From NCBI GenBank assembly GCA_030832185.1, contig JAURJQ010000027.1, forward strand, positions 14,436 through 78,435: a stretch of DNA of 64,000 nt, read 5' to 3'. Below, in pieces: positions 61,789 to 64,000 of the stretch. The translations under genes were made by a program, and so were the position numbers. Position 1 is the stretch's first letter. The number at the start of each line of letters is the position of its first letter. Below the pieces are notes generated by a model. The model did not search any database. It was not told the origin of the DNA and saw only the letters and a list, made by a program, of their open reading frames with translations. This DNA is from Chitinophagales bacterium (lineage in GTDB: Bacteria > Bacteroidota > Bacteroidia > Chitinophagales > JADJOU01).

Positions 61789-64000
61789 ATGGAAAGTGGG
61801 GACCAAGTCATACAGCTCATAAATCAGACCAATCAAAATGTATTTTTAACTGGGAAGGCAGGAACTGGCAAAACTACACTACTTAAGAAAATAATAGCCA
61901 GTACATATAAAAATTACATCATCGTAGCGCCGACGGGAGTAGCAGCTATTAATGCTGGTGGGGTAACTATTCACTCTATGTTCCAGCTTCCCTTCGGCCC
62001 ATTCTTACCTACAGATCAATATACTAATTATGATGGGCACGCCGCATATGAAACTAAGAAAACCATACAGAGGCATTTTAAAGTGAGGGCTGACAAGCGA
62101 GCTATCCTCAATAGTCTAGAGCTACTCATAATTGATGAGGTGAGTATGCTGCGACCGGACACATTAGATGCGATAGATCTCATGTTACAATATGTTAGAT
62201 TCAACAAAAAACCTTTCGGTGGTGTACAGATGCTATTTATAGGAGATTTACTACAGTTGTCTCCAATTATTCGTCCTCATGAGTGGGATGTGATGAGCCA
62301 ATACTACGATGGAAAATTCTTCTTTCATTCCCATGTGCTGAGGCAGGAGCAGCCGATATATATGGAATTGACAAAAATATGGAGGCAATCAGATGAACAG
62401 TTTATCAATTTGCTACAAAAACTGAGAATAAACGAATTAGATCAGGATGTAAAAGACACCTTGGCACCTTATGTGGATCCAAATTTTGACATAAAAGATT
62501 ATCCAGGATATATTGTTCTTACTACGCACAATCAGCAAGCAGATAGTATCAATGAAGTTGCTTTAGCAAATATTAGCGAACGAGAGGTAAGTTTTGATGC
62601 GGATATCATAGGTGACTTTCCAGAAAACTTTTATCCTATAGAGTATAGACTGCTTCTCAAGCGCGGTGCGCAGGTGATGTTTATAAAAAATGATCCAGCT
62701 TTTGAGAAGCGATATTATAATGGTAAAATAGGTTTTGTAAAATCAATATCAAGAGACGAGTTAATTGTTCGTTTTCCAGAACAGAACATGGATATAGAGG
62801 TAGAAAAGTTTGTATGGGAGAATATTCGATATACTATAAATCCGATGACACAGGAGATACAGGAGGATGTCATGGGAACCTTTACACAATATCCTCTGCG
62901 ACTTGCATGGGCCATTACCGTGCATAAAAGTCAAGGGCTCACCTTTGAAAAAGCAGCGATAGATATCTCCAAGATATTCGCCCCAGGGCAGGCTTATGTG
63001 GCTCTTTCTAGATTGACTTCTCTGAATGGACTTAAGCTTTTACAGCCTGTCATGAGTAAAAATATTAGTATCGAAGAAGCTGTTTTAAATTATGAAAAGT
63101 ATAAAACATCCCAGGAAGAATTAACCAAAAATCTAACTAGCTATACACAAGATTTTTTGAATGATATCTGCATGCGTTCATTTGACTATAAAGATGTGAA
63201 ACGCTGGTCGAATGCAATGCGAGAAGAAATAAGAGGTACAGGAGAAAATACTCTCGTCTACAAGGAACGTAAGTGGATAGAAAACTTAGATTTAAAGATC
63301 GACGAACTGGTATCAGTAGCAGAAAAATTTCAAGTGAGTTTGAAATACATTTTGGGGCCACAGATTGCTGAATTGAACTTTTTATTTGAGCGTATAGATA
63401 AGGCTTATCTATATTTCCATGAACGATGGATAGAGGCAGAAAAAATGATATTAAAAAAATTGCATGAATTAGCCTATGTATCTAGGGTAAAGGAATTTGA
63501 GAATGATGTTCGAGAAATTGAATCCTATGTAATGAGTCACTTAAGAAATTTAGAGCGTATCAGAAAATTGATACAATGCATGCGCGCCGGCATTCCACTC
63601 GACAAGCAATCTCTCTCCACCAAAGGAATAGAGAATATAAAACTGAATCTGATAAAAGAAATTGGTGATATTCCATTGACAGATTTGAAATCTTTAGCCA
63701 AGATAGACAAAGGAAAAAAAAGTGGGGATAAGGAATTAAAGAAATCTACCTATGAGTTGACGATGGAGCTCTGGCAAAAATCAAAGGATATTAAGGAGGT
63801 AGCTAGTATAAGAAAACTCACAAATCAAACTGTATTCGGCCATTTAGTAAAGTATGTAGAAAAGGGAGAATTAGCCGTAGAAGAATTAATCGAACTAGAT
63901 AAACTGAAGCTTATTTATCAGAAGCTAAAGGGGAAGAAAGATTTCGAAAGTTTGACTGAAATGAGAGGATATCTTAATGATGAGTTTGATTATGGGCAGT
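61789..64000 (+). CDS. Pif1-family (SF1B) DNA helicase with C-terminal HTH-like region; 3' end beyond the window
   Basis: My codon-by-codon reading from ATG 61789 finds 737 codons with no stop up to the window edge, so the ORF is absent from the track. The motifs are GKAGTGKT (Walker A), VAPTGVAA, IIDEVSM, PFGGVQMLFIGDLLQLSPI (Pif1 signature region), LTTHNQQA and TVHKSQGLTF. The distal part (STYELTMELWQK...IRKLTNQTVFGHLVKYVEKGEL) looks like the HTH domain often appended to these helicases. Confidence 0.9.
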   Translation, partial: MESGDQVIQLINQTNQNVFLTGKAGTGKTTLLKKIIASTYKNYIIVAPTGVAAINAGGVTIHSMFQLPFGPFLPTDQYTNYDGHAAYETKKTIQRHFKVRADKRAILNSLELLIIDEVSMLRPDTLDAIDLMLQYVRFNKKPFGGVQMLFIGDLLQLSPIIRPHEWDVMSQYYDGKFFFHSHVLRQEQPIYMELTKIWRQSDEQFINLLQKLRINELDQDVKDTLAPYVDPNFDIKDYPGYIVLTTHNQQADSINEVALANISEREVSFDADIIGDFPENFYPIEYRLLLKRGAQVMFIKNDPAFEKRYYNGKIGFVKSISRDELIVRFPEQNMDIEVEKFVWENIRYTINPMTQEIQEDVMGTFTQYPLRLAWAITVHKSQGLTFEKAAIDISKIFAPGQAYVALSRLTSLNGLKLLQPVMSKNISIEEAVLNYEKYKTSQEELTKNLTSYTQDFLNDICMRSFDYKDVKRWSNAMREEIRGTGENTLVYKERKWIENLDLKIDELVSVAEKFQVSLKYILGPQIAELNFLFERIDKAYLYFHERWIEAEKMILKKLHELAYVSRVKEFENDVREIESYVMSHLRNLERIRKLIQCMRAGIPLDKQSLSTKGIENIKLNLIKEIGDIPLTDLKSLAKIDKGKKSGDKELKKSTYELTMELWQKSKDIKEVASIRKLTNQTVFGHLVKYVEKGELAVEELIELDKLKLIYQKLKGKKDFESLTEMRGYLNDEFDYGQ

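Noticed and set aside
62715-63361. The two minus-strand ORFs (62715-62915 and 63137-63361) that are the only track entries after 61780
   Set aside because: Both lie antisense within the uninterrupted Pif1-family helicase frame starting at 61789, so they are spurious.
1-64000. Search for mobile elements, CRISPR arrays, rRNA/tRNA genes, defence systems (RM, TA, Abi, CBASS-like) and prophage remnants
   Set aside because: I found no transposase, integrase or recombinase motifs and no direct-repeat/spacer arrays. No composition break was visible by eye. Gene content is housekeeping or envelope-related throughout.

Overview
This is a low-GC, densely coding chromosomal segment of about 60 CDS that looks like a Bacteroidota genome. 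The supporting evidence is two proteins ending in T9SS-type C-terminal sorting domains, TAnnTTTG '-7' promoter boxes in front of most transcription units, a LemA-TPM-TPM operon, a mutL-rhomboid pairing and a YtxJ homologue. Most genes are housekeeping: rplS, prmA, mutL, nhaA, tcdA, rnz, guaB, yidC, waaA, panB, lgt, trmB, rarA, queA and hutH. I saw no rRNA, tRNA, CRISPR array, transposase, integrase, restriction or toxin gene, so it does not look like a mobile or defence island. Two edge-truncated genes are missing from the ORF track. One is a Pif1-family helicase that is open from 61789 to the right edge. The other is a short glycosyltransferase-like 5' end at 1-97 on the minus strand. The loci most worth a second look are listed here.
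1. A minus-strand gene string at 44571-51124. It comprises an Spt-like alpha-oxoamine synthase, two tandem PNGase F-like proteins and a TlpA-like protein that has lost its CXXC.
2. A YceI / beta-barrel / 2x CX4CH-lipoprotein cluster at 15252-17637.
3. An inverted heptad-repeat structure at the prmA / giant-ORF junction (5657-5785).
4. Three very large E/K-rich envelope proteins.
5. A PLP enzyme with a Tat-like signal peptide.
I did not find an unambiguous new multi-gene system, and the interest scores reflect that. All calls come from reading the sequence and remembered family motifs. No searches or computations were run.
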